DNA of 64,000 bases from the NCBI GenBank assembly GCA_937873655.1, contig CALMYQ010000096.1:26439-90438 (forward strand), given 5' to 3'. The notes under the pieces were generated by a model, which searched no databases, was not told the origin of the DNA, and was given only the letters and a program-made list of their open reading frames with translations. Position numbers and translations under genes: made by a program. This stretch comes from an uncultured Lewinella sp. Its GTDB lineage: Bacteria; Bacteroidota; Bacteroidia; Chitinophagales; Saprospiraceae. Positions 36,904 to 45,901 of this stretch are shown piece by piece. Position 1 is the first letter of the stretch; each line of letters starts with the position of its first letter.

Positions 36904-37112
36904 GCAATAAAAAAGGTAAGGATATGGCCATTTTTTGCTTGCTTTTCCTGAGGGGGAGTCTGGGAAACAGCCGAAAAGTACGAATATCCCGGGGGCTATT
37001 GATTTTATTTTGAACCACAAAAGCCACAAAAGAAAACAAAAGCCATTGGCCCTGAATCCCGGCGGGATTCAGGGTCAGTTTAAACTTTTGTGCCCTTTTG
37101 TTTCTTTTGTGG
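36904..37112. repeat. MITE-like ~210-bp element, copy B (inverted relative to copy A at 22603-22811)
   Basis: Tail 36904-37014 matches the reverse complement of 22701-22811. Palindromic core CCACAAAAGCCACAAAAGAAAACAAAAGCCATTGGCCCTGAATCCCG/CGGGATTCAGGGTCAG...CTTTTGTTTCTTTTGTGG at 37015-37112. Confidence 0.8.
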
Positions 37113-37355
37113 TAAAAAAACAGGAAAAACTCGTGTTAGGGCATCTTCCCGTCATCGGCAGCCTGATTGCCCTGATGGAAATCCTTTGGAGCCAACAAAA
37201 CAGCCGATTTTAAGCGAAAGCTTGCGGTTTTTTGCATGTTTACGCTTAAATCCAGAAATGGCTCATGGATCCTACCGTAAAAAAAGCGGCAACCCCGGAA
37301 CCCGGAATTGCCGCTCATCTATCCGTTTAACCTTTATTTTTTCAGCCCTTTCCGG

Positions 37356-37408
37356 ACTGATCACTGACAACTGTCAACTGTCAACTGACAACTGACAACT
37401 AATCACTG
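37356..37408. repeat. AACTGAC/CACTGAC heptamer array (complement of GTCAGTK) overlapping the rhodanese stop codon
   Basis: ACTGATC ACTGACA ACTGTCA ACTGTCA ACTGACA ACTGACA ACTAATC ACTG. The stop codon is at 37403-37405. Confidence 0.85.
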
Positions 37409-37714
37409 CACCATCATCTGCTGCACGCTCGTCCACGGGCCGCCGTTGTAGGCTTCGATACCGGCCTGTTTCAGCATGCCTGCTGCCGTGCCGCTGCGCA
37501 TCCCGGACGCGCAACAAGCGACCACCGGTTTGTTGTATTTTTTGATCTTCTCGATATTGCGTCCAATTTCCGTAACCGGGATATTGATCGAACCTTTGAC
37601 ATGGCCGCCGCGGAATTCGGCAGGCGTGCGCACGTCGAGAATAACAGCGCCGTTGGTCAAAGCTTCTTTGATCGGCGCGTCGTTTCCAAAAATATTCTTC
37701 AGTATACCAAACAT
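37403..37714 (-). CDS. Single-domain rhodanese-like sulfurtransferase
   Basis: 103 aa. ILDVRTPAEFRGGHVKGSINIP and active-site loop CCASGMRS. Confidence 0.85.
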   Translation of the reverse strand: MFGILKNIFGNDAPIKEALTNGAVILDVRTPAEFRGGHVKGSINIPVTEIGRNIEKIKKYNKPVVACCASGMRSGTAAGMLKQAGIEAYNGGPWTSVQQMMVQ

Positions 37715-37888
37715 GTGTTTTGTTTTTTAATGATGCAAATATCGGAGTATCGAACCCGCCTTGTCTGTGAGATTTATCACAATCGGACATTTTTTTTATT
37801 GATTGGATTTTTCGATCGCCCGAATGTTTCGATTATGCTGCCCCACGGCGAACGCTAAAAATCGGAGCAATCGAAAAAATCAACTCAA

Positions 37889-39370
37889 TTACCCCGCCCA
37901 TGCCGGCAACCCCGCTTCAAGCCCCAACACCGGAATGATGTACAGGTACAGGATCAGGGACAACAAAACGATGCTGATCAGGTTGAGCCATAATCCGCAC
38001 CTGGCCATCCGGGCGATCGTCACCCGTTCGCTGGCAAATATAACCGTATTGGTACCCGTGCCGGAAGGCAGCATAAACGCAAACGAGCAGGCAAATGCGC
38101 CGGGGATCATCAACAGCAAGGGGTTGATCTGCCCGGCCACCGCCATGGAAGCCAGCACCGGCAGAAAAATATTAGCCGTCGCCGTATTGGAATTGATCTC
38201 CGTGACAAAGATCATGACGCTCACCACAAACAACAGAATGCCCAGGGCGGGCAATTGCCCGACAAAGGACATCTTTTGCCCCAGAAATTCCACCAGGCCG
38301 GTACTGCTGAAACTTTCAGCAATGGCATAACCGCCGCCCACGATCATGACCACGCCCCAGGGAATGGCGCCCGCCGTTTTCCAGTCGAGCAGGCGTTTAC
38401 CGGGTTCATCACCGGGGATCATGAACAGGAGCAGCGCGCCCGCGATGGCCACCGTGCTGTCGTGTACGTACTTTTCGATCCCCAGCAGGGTGCTCCATCC
38501 CGGAATCACCACGTCGCCGAATGCGAAGTCCCGCCGGAAGATCCACCCCAGCGCGGTCAGTATGAATATGCCCAGTACCGCTCTTTCGCCCCGGGTCCAG
38601 CCGCCGAGCGCCTGTTGCTCCGATTCGACGATCTCCCGGCTGCCGGCAAAGTGGCCGCTGATCCTGAAATAACGGACCAGATAGAGCCAGATCACCGGCA
38701 AAAAGATCACCACCAGCGGAACCCCCATGGCCATCCAGGTGAGGAAACTGACCTGCGGAGCCGACGGAAACAGTTTTTCCACCAGACCGGCGTACACCAT
38801 GTTCACCGGAGTGCCCAGCAAAGTGGCCGTCCCGCCTACGCTCGACGAATAGGCGATGGCCAGCATCATGGCCAATCCGAAATTGCCGAGATGACCTTCT
38901 TCGCTTTCTTCCTTGGCGATGATGGCCAGGGCAATGGGCAGCATCAGCAGGGCGACGGCCACATTCGCGATCCACATCGACAACAAGGCGGTGGCGATCA
39001 TGAAACTCAGGATGATCCGGCGCCGGTCGGTCCCGATGGCCAGCATGATGCCCAGCGCGATCCGCTTGTGCAGGTTCTGCTTTTCAATGGCCTTTGCGAT
39101 CATGAACCCGCCCAGCAGCATCAAAACGTAGTTGTGTCCGTAGTTTTCGGCCGTCGCGCTCGCCGTCAGGATGCCCAGCAACGGATACAGCGCCAGCGGC
39201 ACGAACGCTGTAGCGTAAATGGGAATGGCTTCGGTGATCCACCAGATCGTCATCAGAACGGCCACCGCCAAGGCACGCTTCCCTTCCGCAGGCATTCCTT
39301 CGGGTGTCGGCAGCAGCAGGATCAGGATCAGGGCTGCGATCCCGGTCAAAAGTCCCCGGTAGTTTTTCAA
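37889..39370 (-). CDS. DASS/SLC13 family anion:sodium symporter (sulfate or di/tricarboxylate type)
   Basis: 493 aa and polytopic. Duplicated SNT-type hairpin motifs (SSSVGGTATLLGTPVN; TEINSNTATANIFLPV; MLPSGTGTNTVIF). TTG start at 39370. Confidence 0.85.
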   Translation of the reverse strand: MKNYRGLLTGIAALILILLLPTPEGMPAEGKRALAVAVLMTIWWITEAIPIYATAFVPLALYPLLGILTASATAENYGHNYVLMLLGGFMIAKAIEKQNLHKRIALGIMLAIGTDRRRIILSFMIATALLSMWIANVAVALLMLPIALAIIAKEESEEGHLGNFGLAMMLAIAYSSSVGGTATLLGTPVNMVYAGLVEKLFPSAPQVSFLTWMAMGVPLVVIFLPVIWLYLVRYFRISGHFAGSREIVESEQQALGGWTRGERAVLGIFILTALGWIFRRDFAFGDVVIPGWSTLLGIEKYVHDSTVAIAGALLLFMIPGDEPGKRLLDWKTAGAIPWGVVMIVGGGYAIAESFSSTGLVEFLGQKMSFVGQLPALGILLFVVSVMIFVTEINSNTATANIFLPVLASMAVAGQINPLLLMIPGAFACSFAFMLPSGTGTNTVIFASERVTIARMARCGLWLNLISIVLLSLILYLYIIPVLGLEAGLPAWAG

Positions 39371-39526
39371 TTCAATTCGGTTTTAGGTAACAGTTGTAAA
39401 AATTCAAAAATTAACTGTTGTAAAAATAATTATCTGAGTAACAATATTTGGAAAAATCCGGCATTTGCGCTAATCTTGGTCGAAGTTTCAGTAAAGATGC
39501 CGTAACACCCAAAAAAACAGTTCCAA

Positions 39527-42500
39527 ATGTCCATTTCCCTGGCTGCCGAAGCCGTCATATTCGCCATCAACTCAGCGATCAAAATGGGGCGCAACGCTCA
39601 ACGCGCCTATGCCAAAAGCATCAAAGCCAAAAGCATCATTCTTCCTTTGCCCAAGTTCTCGGGTCAACCCACCGGCAGCAAGGCTGCCGAATTCTTTTCA
39701 ACAGATGACCTCCGTGAAGGCGGCTTTCAGTTCCTCGAAAAGATCGAACGACTCAAAACCCTGCACGATAAATTTGACCTGCAAGGCCTCCCGACCCCGG
39801 AAGAAGAAGAATACGTCGAATACTACAAGCAGCTTTTTGAAGTCCTGCGCGAAGACCGTGAAAGCGGCTTGAGAGAAGACCGGATCGACAGCTCCGACCT
39901 CGTCGCGCTCCTGCGCATCCGGCAATGGGAAACCGGCAAAGAACCGCGCAATTCACCGGTCAAGCTCCTGGCGGGCACCCTCGTAGAGATCGGCATCGAT
40001 TATTTCAACCAGGTACCCGGGGCCCTGAACGCCCAGTCCAGCTTCGGGCAATCCATGAAGCATTTCCTGACCGCCCTGGACGACGTCAATTTTGAAGAGA
40101 TCGCCGAATTCAAGGAACTGGCCGAGCAGATCACGCCGAAACTCTTCGTTGCCGCTGCCGAAACCGTAGGCGCCCTGAGCGAACATATGGCCTCCGACCC
40201 CAAGGTGCAGCTTTTTATCCAGTCCGTCAGCAAAGGCATTGCCGACGACATTTTCGCCAGATCGCAGAGCGCTCCCGACAACAGCCCAGCGCACTGGGGG
40301 CAACTCATGCTGCGGAGCCTGATCAAAAACGGCGGAAACTACGTATTCAATACGCCCGCCGACCTGCTCAACACCAACAAAGGGGTTACCGACCTCATCC
40401 AATCCACCGGAAAGGTGCTCATGGAAGCCATCCTGGACGACCCCGACAAGCTCCACCTGAAAGACGGCTTCAATATCGACTCTCTGGACCGGCTGGTGAA
40501 AACTTCCCTGACGGTGCTGGCCGACCATCCTGAACTGGTCTCCGGGCGCGAGGGATTCCGCGATATCGTCATCGGGGTCAGCAATGCCATGGCTTCCGCC
40601 GGGATCAAAGACCGCCCCGACCTGCTCCCCGAATTGGCCCGTTCCATACTCGAACATACGGCCGGCAACCTGGACATCGTACTGGACTCCCCAAAAGCAG
40701 GTGGCAAGCACCTCCTGGTGATGACGATCCGGGAATTTCTCCAGGCGCTGACCGCCACACCGCCCCCACCCCACACGAACGGCTGGAAACCTGCACTCAG
40801 CAAGCCTCAGATCGTAGGTATCGCCCAGAATCTGCTGGATGAGGTGGTCCGGAATCCGGAATGGGTCACGGAGGTCACACACGAAAAAACCGTACTCCGC
40901 ACCGTGCTGGATGCCACCTTCAATGCATTGGCCTCCTTACCCAAAAATGAACGCCTGAACGCGGACGTGGTCGGTTTCCTCCTGCAGAACAACATCCGCG
41001 CGGTGGCCACCTGCCAGGGTTTGTGCGAAAAGATCACCCTGATGCCGGAAAACCAGGAAGTGGTCATCCTGAACAAAGGGCTGGACCTCGTCTTTTCGTT
41101 CGTTTTCACAGACAAACGGGTCAGGCCTTCCGAGCGGATCAACATGCTGACCGAACTTTCGGGGTTTATCGTCGGGAGCCTGCTGACCAAACACCCCGAC
41201 AGCCGGGGCATCCAGCTGATCGACCTGCTGCTGTTCAAGGATTCGCCGATCGATTTCTCGCACGGGTTCAACCGGCAGCTGGCCGACCAGTTCATCGATT
41301 CAGGGCTGCGCATCCTGCGGGAATACCCGGCATTGACAACCACCAGCGATCCGCTGCAACGGATTATCTCCGGTGTGGCTTCCGCCCTGGACGCCTCCAG
41401 TTTCCGGCAGCCGGGCATGTTCATGGAGCTGGCCCGCCTGACCCTCGAACATACCGGTCGCAACACCCGGTTCATCATCACCTCAGACACGGATGAACCC
41501 CGGTATCTGCTGGTTTTTGCCCTGGAAAGCCTCCTCGCCAAACTGTCCGCCAGGGAAGACAACCAGGTCTGGAGCCCGAAGCTCAACGGCGCTGAAGCAG
41601 TAAATATCGTACAGGACACCTTCGACTTTCTGTTGCAACATCCTAAAATGGTGACCGGCCCTAACCCGAAGGATACGGTTTTCAGCGCCGTGGTCAATGC
41701 TGTGTTCAACGCCCTGGCCTCCGTGCCGCCGCAACACCGATTCAGCGGAGACAGCCTCAACCGGATGCTGCAAAGTGCCTTGCGCGCTGCCGCCAGGAGC
41801 CCCGAATTGCTGTCGAAAATCAAATGGGCCTCAGGGGAGGTTGAATCGAATATCCTCAACAAGCTGCTCGACATTGTCTTCGCCTATACCTTTAACCAGG
41901 AAGCGCGGGCCGCTGACCGGATCGATACGCTGGACAACCTCATGGAATACGTCCTGGATTACATGGCTTCCAAATATTCCGACCAGCGCATCGTGATGAT
42001 CCTGCAAATGGTCCTCTACGAAGAGCCGGGATTCCGCCCGGTCCGACGCTTCCAGGCGGGCGAGGCGGAAGGACTGATCCAGGCCGCATTCAAGGTTTTT
42101 GCCGCCCGTCCTGATCTGGTAACCCGGAACGACATCATCCAGAAAATAGTGGGCGATGTAGCCGACTCGCTGAAGGCCGTCCCTGTATTTCCGCCGGATC
42201 TGTTCCGGGAGTTGGTGCGCGCAACCCTGGAAACAACCTCCGAAAACATTCACCTGCTTTCGGGTGTAACCGCAGAAAGTCCGCGTTACCTCTTGGCCGA
42301 TGCGGTCGGGCAATGCCTGCAATGCCTTTCGCAGCCCGGCGGCGATCGTTGGAAACCGGAGTTCAGGCAAGGGCTGGTATTGAGCGTGGTCAATAATGTG
42401 CTCGGCGTAGTGGTTCAAAATCCGGACTGGATAAAGAACAAGGTCGCTCAGGTAGCGCTGGAGTCCATTTTCAACTCGCTGGATGCCATTCCGGCCAAAA

Positions 42501-42871
42501 GGAGCCTGCCGCTCGAAGTGGTCCGGAATTTCATCAGCACCGGACTGAAAGCCGTATCCTTCCGGCTGCAATGGGTGGTTGAGGTGGTGAGGCAGGGCGG
42601 CAACAAGAAAAAGCTGGCCCTGAATTACGCGATGAACGGCCTTTTCCTGGAGCTCTACGACGAGAACAACCAGTCGGCCGGCACCTGGACGCTGACCCAG
42701 GGCGAGGTGGTAACGCAGGTCCTGGATCACTATCTGCAGGGGCTGTCAGATGCGCCCGTTACCCGCGAATCGGTCGACGGGTCGCTGCACATCATCCGGG
42801 AAGCCCTCGAAGACATCAATACCAATTCCGGATTCAGCATCGACGAATTGCTGATGGAGCTGGAAAGTTGA
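39527..42871 (+). CDS. Large cytoplasmic hypothetical protein (1114 aa) with three ~263-aa internal repeats; no family recognised
   Basis: No signal peptide or TM segment. Helix-favouring composition. Repeat anchors ELARSILEHTAGN (aa 369), ELARLTLEHTGRN (aa 634) and ELVRATLETTSEN (aa 895), each followed by ...W.P.L....V..I....LD.V..NP.W......K..V....V.A.FNAL...P. Confidence 0.75.
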   Translation: MSISLAAEAVIFAINSAIKMGRNAQRAYAKSIKAKSIILPLPKFSGQPTGSKAAEFFSTDDLREGGFQFLEKIERLKTLHDKFDLQGLPTPEEEEYVEYYKQLFEVLREDRESGLREDRIDSSDLVALLRIRQWETGKEPRNSPVKLLAGTLVEIGIDYFNQVPGALNAQSSFGQSMKHFLTALDDVNFEEIAEFKELAEQITPKLFVAAAETVGALSEHMASDPKVQLFIQSVSKGIADDIFARSQSAPDNSPAHWGQLMLRSLIKNGGNYVFNTPADLLNTNKGVTDLIQSTGKVLMEAILDDPDKLHLKDGFNIDSLDRLVKTSLTVLADHPELVSGREGFRDIVIGVSNAMASAGIKDRPDLLPELARSILEHTAGNLDIVLDSPKAGGKHLLVMTIREFLQALTATPPPPHTNGWKPALSKPQIVGIAQNLLDEVVRNPEWVTEVTHEKTVLRTVLDATFNALASLPKNERLNADVVGFLLQNNIRAVATCQGLCEKITLMPENQEVVILNKGLDLVFSFVFTDKRVRPSERINMLTELSGFIVGSLLTKHPDSRGIQLIDLLLFKDSPIDFSHGFNRQLADQFIDSGLRILREYPALTTTSDPLQRIISGVASALDASSFRQPGMFMELARLTLEHTGRNTRFIITSDTDEPRYLLVFALESLLAKLSAREDNQVWSPKLNGAEAVNIVQDTFDFLLQHPKMVTGPNPKDTVFSAVVNAVFNALASVPPQHRFSGDSLNRMLQSALRAAARSPELLSKIKWASGEVESNILNKLLDIVFAYTFNQEARAADRIDTLDNLMEYVLDYMASKYSDQRIVMILQMVLYEEPGFRPVRRFQAGEAEGLIQAAFKVFAARPDLVTRNDIIQKIVGDVADSLKAVPVFPPDLFRELVRATLETTSENIHLLSGVTAESPRYLLADAVGQCLQCLSQPGGDRWKPEFRQGLVLSVVNNVLGVVVQNPDWIKNKVAQVALESIFNSLDAIPAKRSLPLEVVRNFISTGLKAVSFRLQWVVEVVRQGGNKKKLALNYAMNGLFLELYDENNQSAGTWTLTQGEVVTQVLDHYLQGLSDAPVTRESVDGSLHIIREALEDINTNSGFSIDELLMELES

Positions 42872-42910
42872 CGCCTTGAACTCTTTCACTATTAACGACA
42901 AACCTAAAAA

Positions 42911-43852
42911 ATGACATACTTTAAAATAACCTTCCGAAACGCCGGTTTCATCCTCTCTTTCCTGCTTTTGCTGGCCTCTTGCAAAACCTTCAAATCCTGG
43001 GACGAGGCCCGTGAAAATTTCAGCAAAGGCGCTGTGGTCGAAATGGCTGTACGCAATACTGCAACGGAAGATCCGGGCAATTCGGCTTTCGCCAACCTGG
43101 GCGACCTCTTCCCGCACTCCGGGTTCAACAACGGCAACCTGGGCAGGGATCCCAAGGTTTTTTACCTTCAGGCCTACAAGGACATCCAGGCCGCCCTTGA
43201 AAAATCCTCAAAATTGCGGCAAACGCAGGAACGCGGCAACGCGCTGGCTATCAAGGCATTGGCCGAATGGAAGATCGACAGCCTGAACAGGGCCCGGCGC
43301 ACCGCCAACCTGGCGCTGGAGGAATTGTTGCGCGAACCCGAACGGGACCCCAGGGACGAAGCCCTCATGGAAGCCCTCCCCGGGCTCATCGCCATTGATG
43401 AAGCCTTCGAATCGGTCCAGGCCATGATCAAACCCCTGAAGGCCAAAGCCGATCAGGGTTCCAACATTTCAGCCGACGAAGGCAAATCACTGATCGCCGA
43501 TGCCAAGGCCCACTATACCCAGACCATCAAGGGCGCCGACGGCAGCCTGTTCAGCGCTTTGTCCACCCTGGAAAATGCAAAACAGCGGGGATTGCAAAAC
43601 AAGGAGATCCTGCGATACCTGGTCCTGTCGCAATTGGCGGGGCTCAACACCTGGCAGGAAGAGTTGAATGCCGTGGACAATTCTGCCAAATTGCTCGGCG
43701 TCAAACAAAACGACCCCAACCTTGCCGACTGGATCCGCAAGGAATGGACCGCCTACAGGGATGTCCGCAAGAAACACCTCGATCAGTTGGCGGAACTGCT
43801 CCCAGACGGTGAAGAAAACCCAGGCTTTATCTTTTGGAAAAAAATTCTGTAG
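42911..43852 (+). CDS. Hypothetical lipoprotein (313 aa), helical, no family recognised
   Basis: Lipobox FLLLLASC at residues 17-24. It starts 39 nt after the 1114-aa gene on the same strand. Confidence 0.7.
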   Translation: MTYFKITFRNAGFILSFLLLLASCKTFKSWDEARENFSKGAVVEMAVRNTATEDPGNSAFANLGDLFPHSGFNNGNLGRDPKVFYLQAYKDIQAALEKSSKLRQTQERGNALAIKALAEWKIDSLNRARRTANLALEELLREPERDPRDEALMEALPGLIAIDEAFESVQAMIKPLKAKADQGSNISADEGKSLIADAKAHYTQTIKGADGSLFSALSTLENAKQRGLQNKEILRYLVLSQLAGLNTWQEELNAVDNSAKLLGVKQNDPNLADWIRKEWTAYRDVRKKHLDQLAELLPDGEENPGFIFWKKIL

Positions 43853-43861
43853 ACCCGGCGA

Positions 43862-44788
43862 TCAGGAACTCAGCTTCGCATCGAAATTGACCAGTCGCAC
43901 AAACCTCGCGATCCGGTCGGTGATGTCGTTTTCCGAGAGCTCCTTCAACCTTTCAATGCCGAATTTTTCCACGCAGAAGCTGGCCATGGCCGAGCCGTAA
44001 ACCACCGCCCGTTTCATATTTTCAAAGGAAAGGTCGCCGGTTGAAGCCATGTATCCCATGAATCCGCCTGCAAAAGTGTCGCCGGCGCCGGTTGGGTCGA
44101 ATACTTCCGCCAGGGGCAGGGCCGGCGCAAAAAAGACGTTCTCCCCTTCAAACAGCAGGGCGCCGTGTTCGCCTTTCTTGATGACCAGGAATTTCGGCCC
44201 CATTTCATGGATGACCCGGGCGGCCTTCACCAGCGAATACTCCCCGGAAAGCTGGCGCGTTTCCTCGTCGTTGATGATGAGGACATCGATCTCTTTCAGG
44301 ACATTCAGCAGGCTTTCCATGGAACTGTTCATCCAAAAATTCATGGTATCCAGCGCGATGAGCCTGGGCTTTTTTTCCATTTGCCGGATCACGTCCAGCT
44401 GGATGGAAGGCGTGAGGTTGCCCAGCATAAGGAATTCGGATTTTTTGTAGGCGGCCGGTAAAACCGGATCGAAGTCCGCCAGTACGTTCAACTGGGTATC
44501 CAGCGTATCTCGGTCATTCATATTACGGTGGTACTTGCCCGCCCAGAAAAAAGACTTCTGCCCTTCCTTGATCTGGACCCCGTCGATATCAATTCCCCTG
44601 GATTGGAGAAAATTCAGTTCCGTTTTGGGAAAATCATCCCCCACCACGGAAACTATTTTGACCTGATCTGTGTAGTAGGATGCAGACAGGGCGATATAAG
44701 TTGCCGCGCCCCCGACGATCTTTTCGGCCCGGCCAAAAGGCGTTTCGACATCGTCAAAGGCAACAGTACCAACGGTTAACAAGCTCAT
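43862..44788 (-). CDS. PfkB family carbohydrate/nucleoside kinase
   Basis: N-terminal MSLLTVGTVAFDDVETPFG and C-terminal ATP/anion-hole motif DPTGAGDTFAGGF. I prefer the ATG at 44788; the 23 upstream codons are unlikely to be coding. Confidence 0.85.
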   Translation of the reverse strand: MSLLTVGTVAFDDVETPFGRAEKIVGGAATYIALSASYYTDQVKIVSVVGDDFPKTELNFLQSRGIDIDGVQIKEGQKSFFWAGKYHRNMNDRDTLDTQLNVLADFDPVLPAAYKKSEFLMLGNLTPSIQLDVIRQMEKKPRLIALDTMNFWMNSSMESLLNVLKEIDVLIINDEETRQLSGEYSLVKAARVIHEMGPKFLVIKKGEHGALLFEGENVFFAPALPLAEVFDPTGAGDTFAGGFMGYMASTGDLSFENMKRAVVYGSAMASFCVEKFGIERLKELSENDITDRIARFVRLVNFDAKLSS

Positions 44789-44881
44789 TGAAAATATTTT
44801 TATTTTTTTCGTCGCAAATATTGCACAATTATCGCGGTTGCAATAACTTTGCGCCACTCTTTTAAAAAAGGGTATTCAAAA

Positions 44882-44955
44882 GCCTCAATAGCTCAGCTGG
44901 TTAGAGCGGCGGACTGTTAATCCGTAGGTCCAAGGTTCAAGTCCTTGTTGAGGCG
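44882..44955 (+). tRNA. tRNA-Asn (anticodon GTT)
   Basis: 74-nt cloverleaf folded by hand: acceptor GCCTCAA/TTGAGGC, D-arm GCTC-AGCTGGTTA-GAGC, anticodon arm GCGGA-CTGTTAA-TCCGT (GTT at positions 34-36), variable loop AGGTC, T-arm CAAGG-TTCAAGT-CCTTG, discriminator G. CCA is not encoded. Confidence 0.9.
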
Positions 44956-44964
44956 CATAAATTT

Positions 44965-45000
44965 AAAGGGGATTCGAGAGAGTCCCCTTTTCTTTTTCTC
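44965..45000 (+). terminator. Intrinsic terminator after tRNA-Asn
   Basis: 8-bp stem AAAGGGGA/TCCCCTTT with a 10-nt loop, followed by TCTTTTTCTC. Confidence 0.55.
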
Positions 45001-45259
45001 CCAATTGACAAACTGATGTTCCAATTTTTTTGCAAAAATACATCTTACGATTTCTATATCAGTAATTGATAATCAACCCTCTAATACCAAGCCGAGCTTC
45101 AAAGAAGACCTTATCCCCATACTACTGGACAAAATGAGCAGAGGGGGCAAATCAAAGAACCAGCGAGAGCCTGAAAAGCAACGCCTTCACGCTCTCGCTC
45201 TCTCATCCTATCGGGCTCTTTTTGCCTCTTTTGTAAAAATGTCCAGTAGTGTGTCTCCC

Positions 45260-45901
45260 CTAATCCGGCAGGATCTTCACCATAATATCCTTGAAGAGCA
45301 CCTTGCTCCCGGGGTCGTGGCCCTGGAGGGCAAAAGTACCGTTGGACAGGATCCTTCCCGCCATGCTTTCCGGTCGCTCGGGGTTATTCGGCTCCGTGTA
45401 TTCCACCACGGTCTTCCCATCTACCTTGACGGTCACCTTTTTGCCCGACACCATAATATATTCCTCAAACCAGACATTATCTTTTGCAGGCGCCTCCCGG
45501 ACATCCTCAACGGCGTACAACCCGCCTGTTCTCCGCCAGTCGGTATGGGAATTATTGACCTGTACCTCGTACCCCTTGGCAGGCCAGCCTTCTGGTTGGA
45601 ACGCCGTGTGGAAATAGATGCCTGAGTTGGATCCGGGCATGGTCATGACCTGGGCTTTGAATTCGAAGTTCTTGAAATTGTGATTTCCGACCGGGCCGTC
45701 GTAAAAAAGATGGGCCCGGTCGCCGTTGGCAACGATGGACCCGTTCTCAACATGGAAGGTGGCGGGATGCTCGTTGATCTTCCAGCCGTTGAGGGTTTTG
45801 CCGTCAAAAAGGCTGATCCAGCCGCCGGATTTTGATTTGGACGTACTGGCGCAGGCCGAAAGGAAAACGGCCAGTGCGCAAAAGAGAAGCAGTCTTTTCA
45901 T
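45260..45901 (-). CDS. DUF1080 (3-keto-disaccharide hydrolase-like, concanavalin fold) secreted lipoprotein
   Basis: Lipoprotein signal MKRLLLFCALAVFLSAC. WISLFDGKTLNGWK ... FALQGHDPGSKVLFKDIMVK are the hallmark N- and C-terminal DUF1080 motifs. Confidence 0.8.
   Translation of the reverse strand: MKRLLLFCALAVFLSACASTSKSKSGGWISLFDGKTLNGWKINEHPATFHVENGSIVANGDRAHLFYDGPVGNHNFKNFEFKAQVMTMPGSNSGIYFHTAFQPEGWPAKGYEVQVNNSHTDWRRTGGLYAVEDVREAPAKDNVWFEEYIMVSGKKVTVKVDGKTVVEYTEPNNPERPESMAGRILSNGTFALQGHDPGSKVLFKDIMVKILPD

Noticed and set aside
44956-45259. tRNA-Asn as an integration hotspot: a 300-bp gap after the tRNA that might hold a remnant of an integrated element.
   Set aside because: There is no integrase or excisionase ORF nearby and no direct repeat of the tRNA 3' end that I could find. 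The gap holds only a terminator hairpin and an imperfect stem-loop (about 45160-45200).
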